Below are positions 51,703 to 64,000 of a DNA stretch of 64,000 nucleotides, one piece after another (position 1 is the first letter of the stretch; the number at the start of each line of letters is the position of its first letter). Location: NCBI RefSeq assembly GCF_006345805.1, contig NC_043002.1, positions 116,002,001-116,066,000 on the forward strand. The letters run 5' to 3'. A program made the translations under genes and the position numbers. Source of the stretch: Octopus sinensis (taxonomy: Eukaryota). The notes below the pieces were generated by a model. That model was not told where the DNA came from. It did not search any database and worked only from the letters and a program-made list of their open reading frames with translations.

Positions 51703-53564
51703 GGCAAAATAAATGGGGGAATTAGTTATTCGATAATCAAAGTAGAAACACGCACACTTCCTCAATTATAATAGTGTATCAGAGGAAACAGATGTTTCCC
51801 TCTAAAAAAAGTTTTGAGACTCCTGAAAACAGTCATGGCATTACAGCATTTGTGAAGGTGAGAGCAATGGATTAGCCGGCACCTTTCATACATCAACGAA
51901 TTAGGACTTCAAAGGAGTCAAAAATCTCACAGTCCAACCGCTCAATATTCGATTATTGAAAGGTTAGATCTAAATGTGAAATGTACACAACTTGGTAGAA
52001 TACATAGGATTTAAGGGCCCTATATAATCCCTCATAACTTTTTTATCTTTTGGAATTTTCAGAAAACGGGAATTCATACGATTATGAAAAAGAAATTCTT
52101 TTGTATATGATTTAAGGGCGATTTAGCTGTCATTTTCAACATATCTCACGACCATCTGATTCTCCCCACAAAGGGCGGTGACTTGCAGAAACGTCAGCAC
52201 GCCGGGCGAAATGCCTTTAGCACTGTAACAATAAATTATTGTGAAGAAAAAAAACAAACAAACAGAAACCCCTCCTAGAACCGGTTAAACTTCAAGTGTC
52301 AGTGTCAAAAGTTGGGCCACTCGTCTCTACACTGCTTAGATCAAGTTTGAAGTTATTTTACCTATCAGTGCTTTATATTCAAAGTAAACATACTGGGCAA
52401 ATATTCAAGCACCATCTGATATAAATTCCCCCCTCATTGTATCCTGAAAGGACACTTAATATTTCAGTTCAAATAATATCACATCATTTTGTTATTCTTT
52501 CTTCGCGCTTGGATTTCAAGTGAATATCTGCCACCCACTTATTTAAAACTCGCTTATTCCTTGAGGTAAGGCCAATAATTTTCCTATTGTTTTATGTTTC
52601 CTGCCTTCAACTTTCTCTAAACATTCTATTTGTGCCAAGAGTTCAAGTGACTGTGAGAAACTTAACTCATTATAGACATTCTGGTAACACTAGTCTCTTC
52701 ACTTATTATTAAGTGCATATTGTTTTGGTTTCTATTTATTTATCTTTCTGCTCATATCGATTCTTTGAGAGGTGGAGAGAGTGAGAGCCTGAAAGTAAAC
52801 TTAATTTCATCATGCAATTTTTCTTTTACATGTTAATATTTTTCTTTTGAAAACTAATGTTTTTTTTCCCTCTTTGAATCAAAATCGGATGAAATGTTAG
52901 TGTTGTTATTTATTTCTGATGTTTTATGAATTAAATACAAAAATAATTATGTTAATGGAAAGTGGAATTTTGCCGACGAAATTAATCAATTTGCTATTGC
53001 GGCAAATCTAATCTCATTAAAAAAATACACTGCAGTGTTGGAGAGTAATTGTTGCAGTTGGAAGAGGTCAGGTCTGTTTATATGCATAGATGTGCTTAGA
53101 AAAGAGTCCCCATATATAAATCGGTTGGAAATTTAATTTGATAACTAAAAATCAGATTCCTCAAAACAGGCCCGAAGTTTTTGCTAAACAATTACAAACA
53201 TTCGATTTAACCCACTTGTACACAGGTTCAGATGTAAAAATATTCTTTAAACAACCGCCAACCATCAATATGTGTATAAATCCTTAATGCATACCTTCAA
53301 AAACAACGATCATAGATTCTATAAACCCAGCTAGAAATAGCACTGCAAACTATAAACAAACATTTCATAAGAGATATGAGTAGTATCTGATCGATAACAA
53401 TAGTATGTTGCATTGAGAAGTGATGTCTTCGAAAGTGTTGATATCTGATGCAAAGCGAATACACTTCAAGATCAGAAGAAACATTTACACCATACAATGT
53501 GCATATTTTAATTGGAAAGTTGTTCACGACGTGCAGTTTTATTTATCACCAGTAAAAATGAATT

Positions 53565-53598
53565 CGGGGGCTGTCCCACATATGTGGGACAGCCCCCG
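53565..53598. other. Perfect 34-bp GC-rich palindrome
   Basis: CGGGGGCTGTCCCACAT|ATGTGGGACAGCCCCCG. Confidence 0.9.
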
Positions 53599-53748
53599 GA
53601 CAATCTAACAATAATTAATAATCGGAAAAATTAGAAGAGATGAATTCATTGAAGAAATGAATGATAAATCATGCAAGAAATTACTTTTTGGATGCTGACG
53701 TACACTTCGAGTCCAACCAATTAGACCTGTTATTCTGAACTTTCGGTA

Positions 53749-53972
53749 CTACTTGAGAACAGTGGTCGCGGTACGCGCACTCGCGTAGTCGCGCCTCCTC
53801 GCTAGCTAGTCGTGACTAGTCGATCCAAAACGACTACCTAGCAAAGTAAATAAAACAAAAATAAATATTTTTGTTAAACAAAGTAAATAAAACACAAAAA
53901 CACAAAGTAAAGATCGACTAGTCATGACTAGCTTGCGCGAGTACGCGCACCGGGACCACTGTTCTCAAGTAG
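53749..53972. mobile_element. CpG-rich MITE with TA flanks
   Basis: TIR CTACTTGAGAACAGTGGTC(G/C)CGGT.. at both ends, TA at 53747-48 and 53973-74. Internal IR CTAGTC.TGACTAGTCGATC. Confidence 0.8.
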
Positions 53973-54263
53973 TATCCCAACTTTCTTCATGGCAACTGTC
54001 ATGAGAATAGTTTATATTAAAAAATCCCTTTCTTTGATACATATAACTCATCTCTTTTCAGTTATTTTTTTGTTACCTTGTCGTACCCAGCCACAGATAA
54101 ATCATATATTACTGACCCCCCCCCCAGTAACCGAATTTCAGGCCTAGCAAAGTTGCTTCCCTTGACACCAGCATCCATTTCTCACCTTCAGTTGTATTTA
54201 GTTTGGGAACATTTTGGTTAATTCTCTGCCTTCCGTCTATCTCATAGATTAGAAATTTTGTTA

Positions 54264-54426
54264 GGCGCAGGAGTGGCTGTGTGATAAGTAGCTTGCTAAC
54301 CAACCACATGGTTCCGGGTTCATTCCCACTGCGTGGCACCTTGGGCAAGTGTCTTCTACTAAAGCCTTGGCTGACCAAAGCCTTGTGAGTGGTTTGGTAG
54401 ACGGAAACTGAAAGAAGCTCGTCGTA

Positions 54427-54478
<52 letters not shown>

Positions 54479-54519
54479 TATATATATAAATATATGTATG
54501 TATGTGTGTGTTATATATA

Positions 54520-54552
<33 letters not shown>

Positions 54553-54760
54553 TGTATGTATGTGTGTGTTTGTGTTTGACCCCCTAACATTGCTTGACAA
54601 CCGATGGTGATGTGTTTACGTCCCCGTAACTTAGCGGTTCGGCAAAAGAGACTGATAGAATAAGTACTAGGCTTACAAAGAATAAGTCCCAGGGTCGATT
54701 TGCTCGACTAAAAGGCAATGTTCCAGCATGGCCGCAGTCAAATGACTGAAACAAGTAAAC
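54264..54760 (+). mobile_element. SINE family B, full length
   Basis: Intact modules; tail hairpin CAGTC aaat GACTG at 54735-54748. Confidence 0.85.
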
Positions 54761-54914
54761 GAGAGAAAGAAGTCATTCTGTTAATTTGTGTTGAGGTGGT
54801 CTCTATAGACACCCCACACAAATTATTGCCAGCGCTGATTTTGGTTACGACTTTACGTATTCGAGACGTCTGAAGAAACAATGAGATCGAAGATGAAAAG
54901 AGGGTAACAGGCAT

Positions 54915-54954
54915 ATATACCATATTTCGGGAGTATTTGCTCCTTCATCAGCAT
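54915..54954 (-). ncRNA. Minimal type I hammerhead motif (GUA)
   Basis: Reverse complement ATG CTGATGA A GGAG caaata CTCC C GAAA T ATG GTA TAT; stems I and III each include a G-U pair. Confidence 0.6.
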
Positions 54955-55204
54955 CCATCTAACCCCTCAATCATCCACAAACACATTGCTTTACATTAAC
55001 ATATCTACAGAGATAACCGTAACAAGTGATGTAAAGCACACTTCTAACACAGTAGAACACTGTATTGACTTATAAAACACATTTAATATATTTCATAGTA
55101 TATGATGGTTGCATAACGAAATACCACGCCCCTACAAGTCATTAATATCTGTTAATTCTGGTGTATCTTAAAGTATGCCGAGCCATTCACATTATTAAAC
55201 AAAA

Positions 55205-55760
55205 AATAATAATGAAATTATTGTATACAGTGCTCAGGTGCACCACAACTTGTCAGAAAGTGCATATAAAGTACATGCAGTAATGTACAAATGTCTGGAA
55301 AGTGAACAGTGGATGAGTCAGATACATGCTTGCGTGTGTATGGAGGGGAGACAATAAGGTGTAGTGTTGGTGAATCTCAGGAAGCATGGAAGTTTTGAAG
55401 GATGCAGTGCTCCGACAACTAACAACTGATGCCGGCAGTTTGTTCCATGCTTCAGCAACTCTTAACGTGAAAAAATGTTTCCAAAAGTCATGGGAGCTGT
55501 GCTGTTTTCTGACATGTCCACGGGTGTTAGACAGGTGGAGTTTGAAAAGGTGCTCAGAGTTATTGTTTGTAAGATGGTTAATAATTTTATGGGTGTCTGC
55601 CAAGTCAGCTGCCAGACGTTGGAGTTTCAATGTATCCATGCCCAGGGAAGTAAGGCATTCAGAATATGAAAAATGCCTGATGGAGGGTATTCTCTTGGTT
55701 GCATGTCGTTGAATGGTTTCCAGATGATTAATATCCTGGGCAAGATAACGATAGATAACT
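55205..55760 (-). mobile_element. CR1-clade LINE 3' end
   Basis: INHLETIQRHATKRI..SYSE.L..L, NTRGH, FFTLRVAEAWNKLPASVV..S..SFK; tail (TAA)n near 55205. Confidence 0.85.
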
Positions 55761-56629
55761 ACAGATAATGACATCATCATCATTATTTTTACGTCCCCAT
55801 TTCTATGTTGGCATGGTTTGAACAAGTTTTCTGAGAGAGAGTTTTACAGCTGGATGTCCTTCCCTTCAATAACCCTTTTAGTCAAATGTTATGGCATGCA
55901 ACATTGCTGCCTACCTTTTCACAAACGGATAAGCCAATTTTCAAAGCCACCTTTAAAAAATCCTACAGAGAATACAAGAATATGTAGCATGTGCCACCAA
56001 TGTAGTGAGTTGTCTAGAGTGTTCTGTTGTGAGTTTTGTTTATAATAGAATATCAAAGAAAGTCACAAGGTGAATGTATGAACGAATCAACATTCTTTAT
56101 TTCTGGTGAGGTAATCCTCTCATACAAGCAGTAGTAAGTGATATTAGAATTTTTAAGTAAATGTTGAATAAAATGTGTGGGAACAGAATGTACAATTGCT
56201 AGTGTTGGATGAAAAAAGAGTTTCAACAAGTTTACTAAAGGATGGCCCTTCGTGACTTCAATGATACCAGGAGTTGCATGGCATAGTTGATTTTAGAGTC
56301 ATGGTCGTGTATCAAAATGTGATGTTAACATTACGTTGGCTGAGCTGCTCTAGAATAGCTCTTTCAAAAAGCGCACGATACTCAAGGTGGAAGCCACCAC
56401 ATGTATTCTTCTACAGCCAGCTCTTATGCTTCGAAGTGGATGTAGCATGGCGTGTTACTTCGCCATGACAAAATAAATCCCTCCTGGCAGCCTACAATAC
56501 CTCTCCGCAGACTGAAAGTTGATAAAAACAAGTGAAAATTCATGCAAATAAACTTTCAGGACAAATAAAAATAATGTAGCAGCATTCATGTTTATGTACG
56601 GTGTCGGTATGAATGTATGTGATACAAGA

Positions 56630-59600
56630 CTAAGGCAGTGTGCAGGATGTCCCAGCCGGTGCAAAGCCGAGGCAGAGTTTAGGACGTGCCAGCCAGTGCA
56701 AAACTGAGGCAGTGTTTAGGATGTGCCAACCGGTGCAGAGATGAGGCAGTGTTTAGGATGTGCCAGCTGGTGCAAAGCTGAGGCAGTGTGCAGGATGTGC
56801 CAACTGGTGCAAAGCTGAGGCAGTGTTTAGGATGTGCCAACCGGTGCAAAGGTGAGGCAGTGTTTAGGATGTGCCAGCTGGTGCAAAGCTGAGGCAGTGT
56901 GCAGGATGTGCCAACCGGTGCAAAGCTGAGGCAGTGTTTAGGATGTGCCAACCGGTGCAAAGGTGAGGCAGTGTTTAGGATGTGCCAGCTGGTGCAAAGC
57001 TGAGGCAGTTTAGGATGTGCCAACCGGTGCAAAGCTGAGGCAGTGTTTAGGATGTGCCAACTGGTGCAAAGCTGAGGCAGTGTTTAGGATGTGCCAACCG
57101 GTGCAAAGCTGAGGCAGTGTGCAGGATGTGCCAACTGGTGCAAAGCTGAGGCAGTGTTTAGGATGTGCCAACCGGTGCAAAGGTGAGGCAGTGTTTAGGA
57201 TGTGCCAGCTGGTGCAAAGCTGAGGCAGTGTGCAGGATGTGCCAACCGGTGCAAAGCTGAGGCAGTGTTTAGGATGTGCCAACCGGTGCAAAGCTGAGGC
57301 AGTGTGCAGGATGTGCCAGCCGGTGCAAAGATGAGGCAGTGTACAGGATGTGCCAGCTGGTGCAAAACTGAGGCAGTGTTTATGATGTGCCAACCGGTGC
57401 AAAGGTGAGGCAGTGTTTAGGATGTGCCATCCAGTGCAAACCTGAGGCAGTGTTCAGGATGTGCCATCCAGTGTAAAGCTGAGGCAGTGTTTAGGCTGTG
57501 CCATCCAGTTCAAACCTGAGGCAGTGTTCAGGATGTGCCATCCAGTTCAAAGCTGAGGCATTGTTCAGGATGTGCCATCCAGTTCAAACCTGAGGCAGTG
57601 TTCAGGATGTGCCATCCAGTGTAAAGCTGAGGCAGTGTTTAGGCTGTGCCATCCAGTTCAAACCTGAGGCAGTGTTTAGGATGTCCCAGCTGGTGCAAAG
57701 CTGAGGCAGTGTGCAAGAAGTGCCAGTCGGTGCAAAACTGAGGTAGTGTTTAGTATGTGCCAACCGGTGCAAAGCTGAGGCAGTGTTTAGGATGTGCCAA
57801 CCGGTGCAAAGCTGAGGCAGTGTTTAGGATGTGCCAGCTGGTGCAAAGCTGAGGCAGTTTTTAGGCTGTGCCAACCGGTGCAAAGCTAAGGCAGTGTTTA
57901 GGATGTGCCAGCTGGTGCAAAGCTAAGGCAGTGTTTAGGATGTGCCAGCCGGTGCAAAGCTGAGGCAGTGTGCAGGATGTGCCAACCGGTGCAAAGCTGA
58001 GGCAGTGTGCAGGATGTGCCAGCCGGTGCAAAGCTGAGGCAGTGTTTAGGATGTGCCAACCGGTGCAAAGCTGAGGCAGTTTTCAGGATGTGCCAGCCGG
58101 TGCAAAGCTAAGGCAGTGTTTAGGATGTGCCAGCTGGTGCAAAGCTGAGGCAGTGTTTAGGATGTGCCAGCTGGTGCAAAACTGAAGCAGTGTTCAGGAT
58201 GTGCCAGCCAGTGCAAATCAGAGGCGATGTTTAGGATGTCCCAGCTGGTGCAAAGCTGAGGCAGTGTGCAAGAAGTGCCAGTCGGTGCAAAACTGAGGTA
58301 GTGTTTAGTATGTGCCAACCGGTGCAAAGCTAAGGCAGTGTTTAGTATGTGCCAGCTGGTGCAAAGCTGAGGCAGTTTTTAGGCTGTGCCAACCGGTGCA
58401 AAGCTAAGGCAGTGTTTAGTATGTGCCAGCTGGTGCAAAGCTAAGGCAGTGTTTAGGATGTGCCAGCCGGTGCAAAGCTGAGGCAGTGTTTAGGATGTGC
58501 CAGCTGGTGCAAAGCTAGGCAGTGTTTAGGATGTGCCAACCGGTGCAAAGCTGAGGCAGTGTGTAGGATGTGCCAGCTGGTGCAAAGCTGAGGCAGTGTT
58601 TAGGATGTGCCAAAAAAAAAGGCAAAAAACAGGATGTGCCAGCTGGTGCAAAGCTAAGGCAGTGTTTAGGATGTGCCACTGGTGCAAAGCTGAGGCAGTT
58701 TTTAGGATGTGGCCAGCCGGTGCAAAGCTGAGGCAGTGTTTAGGATGTGCCAGCTGGTGCAAGCTAAGGCAGTGTTTAGGATGTGCAACCGTGCCAAAGC
58801 TGAGGCAGTGTTTAGGATGTGCCAACTGGTGCAAAGCTAAGGCAGTGTTTAGGATGTGCCAGCTGGTGCAAAGCTAAGGCAGTGTTTAGGATGTGCCAGC
58901 TGGTGCAAAGCTGAGGCAGTGTTTAGGATGTGCCAGCCGGTGCAAAGCTGAGGCAGTGTGCAGGATGTGCCAGCCAGTGCAAAGCTAAGGCAGTTTTCAG
59001 GATGTGCCAGCTGGTGCAAAGCTAAGGCAGTGTTTAGGATGTGCCAGCTGGTGCAAAGCTGAGGCAGTGTTTAGGATGTGCCAGCCGGTGCAAAGCTGAG
59101 GCAGTGTGCAGGATGTGCCAACCGGTGCAAAGCTGAGGCAGTGTTTAGGATGTGCCAGCCGGTGCAAAGCTGAGGCAGTGTTTAGGATGTGCCAACCGGT
59201 GCAAAGCTGAGGCAGTGTGCAGGATGTGCCCACTGGTGCAAAGCTGAGGCAGTGTTTAGGATGTGCCAACTGGTGCAAAGCAAGGCAGTGTTTAGGATGT
59301 GCCGCGGTGCAAAGCTAGGCAGTGTTTAGGATGTGCCAACTGGTGCAAAGCTGAGGAGGCAGCTGTTTTAGGATGTGGGGTGTGCCACCGGTGCAAAGCT
59401 GAGGCAGTGTTTAGGATGTGCCAGCTGGTGCAAAGCTAAGGCAGTGTTTAGGATGTGCCAGCTGGTGCAAAGCTGAGGCAGTGTGCAGGATGTGCCAACC
59501 GGTGCAAAGCTGAGGCAGTGTTTAGGATGTGCCAACTGGTGCAAAGCTAAGGCATGTTTTAGGATGTGCAGCTGGTGCAAAGCTAAGGCAGTGTTTAGGA

Positions 59601-62600
59601 TTGTGCCAGCTGGTGCAAAGCTGAGGCAGTGTTTAGGATGTGCCAACTGGTGCAAAAGCTGGGCAGTGTGCAGGATGTGCCACCGGTGCAAAGCTGAGGC
59701 AGTGTTTAGGATGTGGCCAGCTGGTGCAAAGCTGAGGCAGTGTTTAGGATGTGCCAACCGGTGCAAAGCTGAGGCAGTGTTTAGGATGTGCCAACTGGTG
59801 CAAAGCTGAGGCAGTGTTTGGATGTGCCACTGGTGCAAAGCTGAGGCAGTGTTTAGGATGTGCCAACTGGTGCAAAGCTGAGGCAGTGTTTAGGATGTGC
59901 CACTGTGCAAAGCTGAGGCAGTGTGCAGGATGTGCCAACCGTGCAAAGCAAGGGCAGTGTTTAGGATGTGCCACTGGTGCAAAGCTGAGGCAGTGTTTAG
60001 GATGTGCCAACCGGTGCAAAGCTGAGGCAAGTGTTTTAGGATGTGCCAACTGGTGCAAAGCTGAGGCAGTTTTTGTTTAGGATGTTGGCCAACGGTGCAA
60101 AGCTAAGGCAGTGTTTAGGATGTGCCAGCTGGTGCAAAGCTGAGGCAGTGTTTAGGATGTGCCAACTGGTGCAAAGCTGAGGCAGTGTTTCAGGATGTGC
60201 CAACTGGTGCAAAGCTGAGGCAGTGTTTGTAGATGTCCAGCTGGTGCAAAGCGAAGGCAGTGTTTAGGATGTGTCAGCTGGTGCAAAGCTGAGGCAGTGT
60301 GTTTTAGGATGTGCCATGGTGCAAAGCTGAGGCAGTGTTTAGGATGTGCCAGCTGGTGCAAAGCTGAGGCAGTGTTTAGGAAATGTGCCAGCTGGTGCAA
60401 AGCTGAGGCAGTGTTTAGGATGTGCCAACTGGTGCAAAGAGGGCTGAGGATGTGCCAGGTGCAAAGCTGCAAGGATGTGCCAGCTGGTGCAAAGCTGAGG
60501 CAGTGTGCAGGATAAAGGAGTGAATAACAAGGAGCCGGTGCAAAGAAAGCTGAGGCTTAGTTTGCAAAGGATGTTTCAGCTGGTGCAAAGCTGAGCAAGT
60601 TGTGCAGGATGTTGCCAGCTGGTGCAAAGCTGAGGCAGTGTTTAGGATGTGCCAAAAGCTGAGGCAGTGTTTAGGATGTGCCAACTGGTGCAAAGCTAAG
60701 GCAGTGTTTAGTATGTGCCAGCTGGTGCAAAGCTGAGGCAGTGTTTAGGATGTGCCAACTGGTGCAAAGCTAAGGCAGTGTTTAGGATGTGCCAACTGGT
60801 GCAAAGCTAAGGCAGTGTTTAGGATGTGCCAACTGGTGCAAAGCTAAGGCAGTTTTCAGGATGTGCCAGCCGGTGCAAAGCTAAGGCAGTGTTTAGGATG
60901 TGCCAGCTGGTGCAAAGCTGAGGCAGTGTTTAGGATGTGCCAACTGGTGCAAAGCTGAGGCAGTGTTTAGGATGTGCCAACTGGTGCAAAGCTAAGGCAG
61001 TGTTTAGTATGTGCCAGCTGGTGCAAAGCTGAGGCAGTGTTTAGGATGTGCCAACTGGTGCAAAGCTAAGGCAGTGTTTAGGATGTGCCAGCTGGTGCAA
61101 AGCTGAGGCAGTGTTTAGGATGTGCCAACTGGTGCAAAGCTAAGGCAGTGTTTAGTATGTGCCAGCTGGTGCAAAGCTGAGGCAGTGTTTAGGATGTGCC
61201 AACTGGTGCAAAGCTAAGGCAGTGTTTAGGATGTGCCAGCTGGTGCAAAGCTGAGGCAGTGTTTAGGATGTGCCAACTGGTGCAAAGCTAAGGCAGTGTT
61301 TAGGATGTGCCAACTGGTGCAAAGCTGAGGCAGTGTTTAGGATGTGCCAACTGGTGCAAAGCTGAGGCAGTGTTTAGGATGTGCCAACTGGTGCAAAGCT
61401 GAGGCAGTGTTTAGGATGTGCCAGCTGGTGCAAAGCTGAGGCAGTGTTTAGGATGTGCCAACTGGTGCAAAGCTAAGGCAGTGTTTAGGATGTGCCAACT
61501 GGTGCAAAGCTGAGGCAGTGTTTAGGATGTGCCAACTGGTGCAAAGCTGAGGCAGTGTTTAGGATGTGCCAACTGGTGCAAAGCTGAGGCAGTGTTTAGG
61601 ATGTGCCAACTGGTGCAAAGCTAAGGCAGTGTTTAGGATGTGCCAGTTGGTGCAAAGCTGAGGCAGTGTTTAGGATGTGCCAACTGGTGCAAAGCTGAGG
61701 CAGTGTTTAGGATGTGCCAAGTGGTGCAAAGCTGAGGCAGTGTTTAGGATGTGCCAGCTGGTGCAAAGCTAAGGCAGTGTTTAGGATGTGCCAGCTGGTG
61801 CAAAGCTGAGGCAGTGTGCAGGATGTGCCAACCGGTGCAAAGGTGAGGCAGTGTTTAGTATGTGCCAGCTGGTGCAAAGCTGAGGCAGTGTTTAGGATGT
61901 GCCAACTGGCGCAAAGCTGAGGCAGTGTGCAGGATGTGCCAACCGGTGCAAAGCTGAGGCAGTGTTTAGGATGTGCCAGCTGGTGCAAAGATGAGGCAGT
62001 GTGCAGGAGTGCCAACCGGTGCAAAGCTGAGGCAGTGTTTAGGATGTGCCAGCTGGTGCAAAGATGAGGCAGTGTGCAGGATGTGCCATCCAGTGCAAAG
62101 ATGAGGCAGTGTGCAGGAGTGCCAACCGGTGCAAAGCTGAGGCAGTGTTTAGGATGGTGCCAGCTGGTGCAAAGATGAGGCAGTGTGCAGGAGTGCCAAC
62201 CGGTGCAAAGCTGAGGCAGTGGTTTGGAGTAGGATGTGCACAACTGCAACTTGTGCAAAGCTGAGGCAGAGTTGTTTAGGAGTGTGTGCCAACTGGTGCA
62301 AAGCTAAGGCAGTGTTTAGGATGTGCCAGTTGGTGCAAAGCTGAGGCAGTGTTTAGGATGTGCCAAATGGTGCAAAGCTGAGGCAGTGTTTAGGATATGC
62401 CAAGTGGTGCAAAGCTGAGGCAGTGTTAGGAGGTGCCAGCTGGTGCGCAAAGCTGAGGCAGAGTTATGTTTAGATGTGCCAGTGGTGCAAGTGAGGCAGT
62501 GTGTGCAGGATGTGCCAACTGGTGCAAAGCTGAGGCAGTGTGCCGATGTGCAGTGCAAGAGAGGCATGAGGTGTGCAGGTTTGTATGTGTGCCAGCTGGT

Positions 62601-63335
62601 GCAAAGCTGAGCAGAGGTGTGTTTAGGATGTGCCAACTGGCGCAAAGCTGAGGCAGTGCAGCATGGCTGATGTGCACCAGTTGGTGCAAAAGCAGTGAGG
62701 CAGTGTTTAGGATGTGCCAGCTGGTGCAAAGATGAGGCAGTGTGCAGGAGTGCAAACCGGTGCAAAGCTGAGGCAGTGTTTAGGATGTGCCAGCTGGTGC
62801 AAAGATGAGGCAGTGTGCAGGATGTGCCATCCAGTGCAAAGATGAGGCAGTGTGCAGGAGTGCCAACCGGTGCAAAGCTGAGGCAGTGTTTAGGATGTGC
62901 CAGCTGGTGCAAAGATGAGGCAGTGTGCAGGAGTGCCAACCGGTGCAAAGCTGAGGCAGTGTTTAGGATGTGCCAGCTGGTGCAAAGCTGAGGCAGTGTG
63001 CAGGATGTGCCAGCCAGTGCAAAGCTGAGGCAGTGTTTAGGATGTGCCAGCCAGTGCAAAGATGAGGCAGTGTTTAGGATGTGCCAACCGGTGCAAAGCT
63101 GAGGCAGTTTTCAGGATGTGCCAACCGGTGCAAAGCTGAGGCAGTGTTTAGGATGTGCCAACCGATGGAAAGCTGAGGCCGTGTTTAGGATGTGCAAGCT
63201 GGTTCAAAGCTGAGGTAGTGTGCAGGATGTGCTAGCCGGTGCAAAGCTGAGGCAGTTTGCAAGATATTCCAGCCGGTGCGAAGCTGAAGTAGCATGCAGG
63301 GTGTGCTTGCTGGTGCAAAGTCGAGGCAGTGTGCA
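56630..63335. repeat. 37-bp tandem satellite/minisatellite, ~180 copies
   Basis: Consensus GGATGTGCCA(G/A)C(T/C)GGTGCAAAGCT(G/A)AGGCAGTG(TTTA/TGCA); period 37 measured at 61266 and 61303. Confidence 0.97.
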
Positions 63336-64000
63336 GAAATGCAGAATCTGTCAAGGGATTTGACAACACAAAACATACATGAAAAGGTAAAATGAAAGCA
63401 ACGTGAATTCAAGAAGCAAAGAGGCATGCAAACAACAATTTCAGTGAGGCAAAAATATCCGAAGCAGTGGGTATGTGTGGTGAAAAGCGAAAGAATAAAG
63501 ATGTTAGACAGTAAAAAGGCAGAAAAGGGTCAATCCATATAAAGATAGTTTGAAGGATGCAAGATGCCTGAAAGTGTCAAAATGGCAGCTGAGTAAGAGT
63601 AGAAATTACAGCAGTGCTTGCTGTGTCTGATGCAATTTTAGAAGCTGAAGTTTTACATCAGAGACACAGGGTGCAACGAGAGATGCTGTAACATGAGTTT
63701 TGTTCAGTGCTGTAAAATGAAGCAGAGTCAAGCTGGTGTAAATGAGCTGGCATCATGAGGCTGAAAAAATTCAGTCAGTCAAAGCAGTGAGTCGAACCAA
63801 TTGATGGAATCCAAAAGATGAGGTGGGTGTCAAAATGAAAGGGTGGAGAATAAATGGTCCGCAACAGTTGCATCATTGATAAAAATTGGAGGCCATCTTT
63901 GATGTGGTGTTTAAATGGCAGCGAGTGGGAAAATTAAAGGTGAGTGAGGCCAGGTGAGTGTGATTTGGTGAGCATAATTTGCATGTGTTCCTTTTTTGCT

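Noticed and set aside
58600-60700. Indel-rich 'diverged' satellite units (also ~62200-62700)
   Set aside because: Scattered 1-3 bp indels and homopolymer bursts next to clean units look like unpolished long-read error; not treated as biology.
56679-63059. Cys/His-rich repeat ORFs up to 247 aa in the satellite
   Set aside because: The 37-bp period is not a multiple of 3, and the ORFs appear on both strands and break at variant-dependent stops.
56630-63335. CRISPR-like array, or hammerhead in the unit (CTGAGGC...GCAAA)
   Set aside because: There are no unique spacers or cas genes. There is no GAAA core or pairing stems.

Overview
AT-rich, microsatellite- and transposon-dense animal DNA. The SINE families and (TA)n load resemble an octopod cephalopod, but that is recollection and is not verified. 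No host protein-coding gene can be supported; nearly all supplied ORFs come from microsatellites, satellite or decayed transposons. Elements present: several tRNA-derived SINE families; RTE, CR1 and L2-group LINE 3' ends; five mariner relics; two hAT relics, one with an intact 8-bp TSD nested in a SINE; Merlin-, piggyBac- and TA-type MITEs; Helitron-like pieces; a Penelope-like GIY-YIG relic; and a ~6.7 kb GC-rich 37-bp tandem array near the 3' end. The main signal is a dispersed set of about a dozen minimal type I hammerhead ribozyme motifs in at least seven unrelated sequence families. Canonical cores lie at 64-136(+), 1625-1668(-), 27971-28034(+), 44947-44990(-) and 54915-54954(-), with variant or decayed copies elsewhere. 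Several sit in head-to-head fold-back inverted repeats. One family fuses a tRNA Pol III head to the ribozyme and inserted as an inverted dimer with a 12-bp TSD. Another is a 336-bp partial-tandem, retrozyme-like unit. All folds were read by eye, and catalytic activity is untested.
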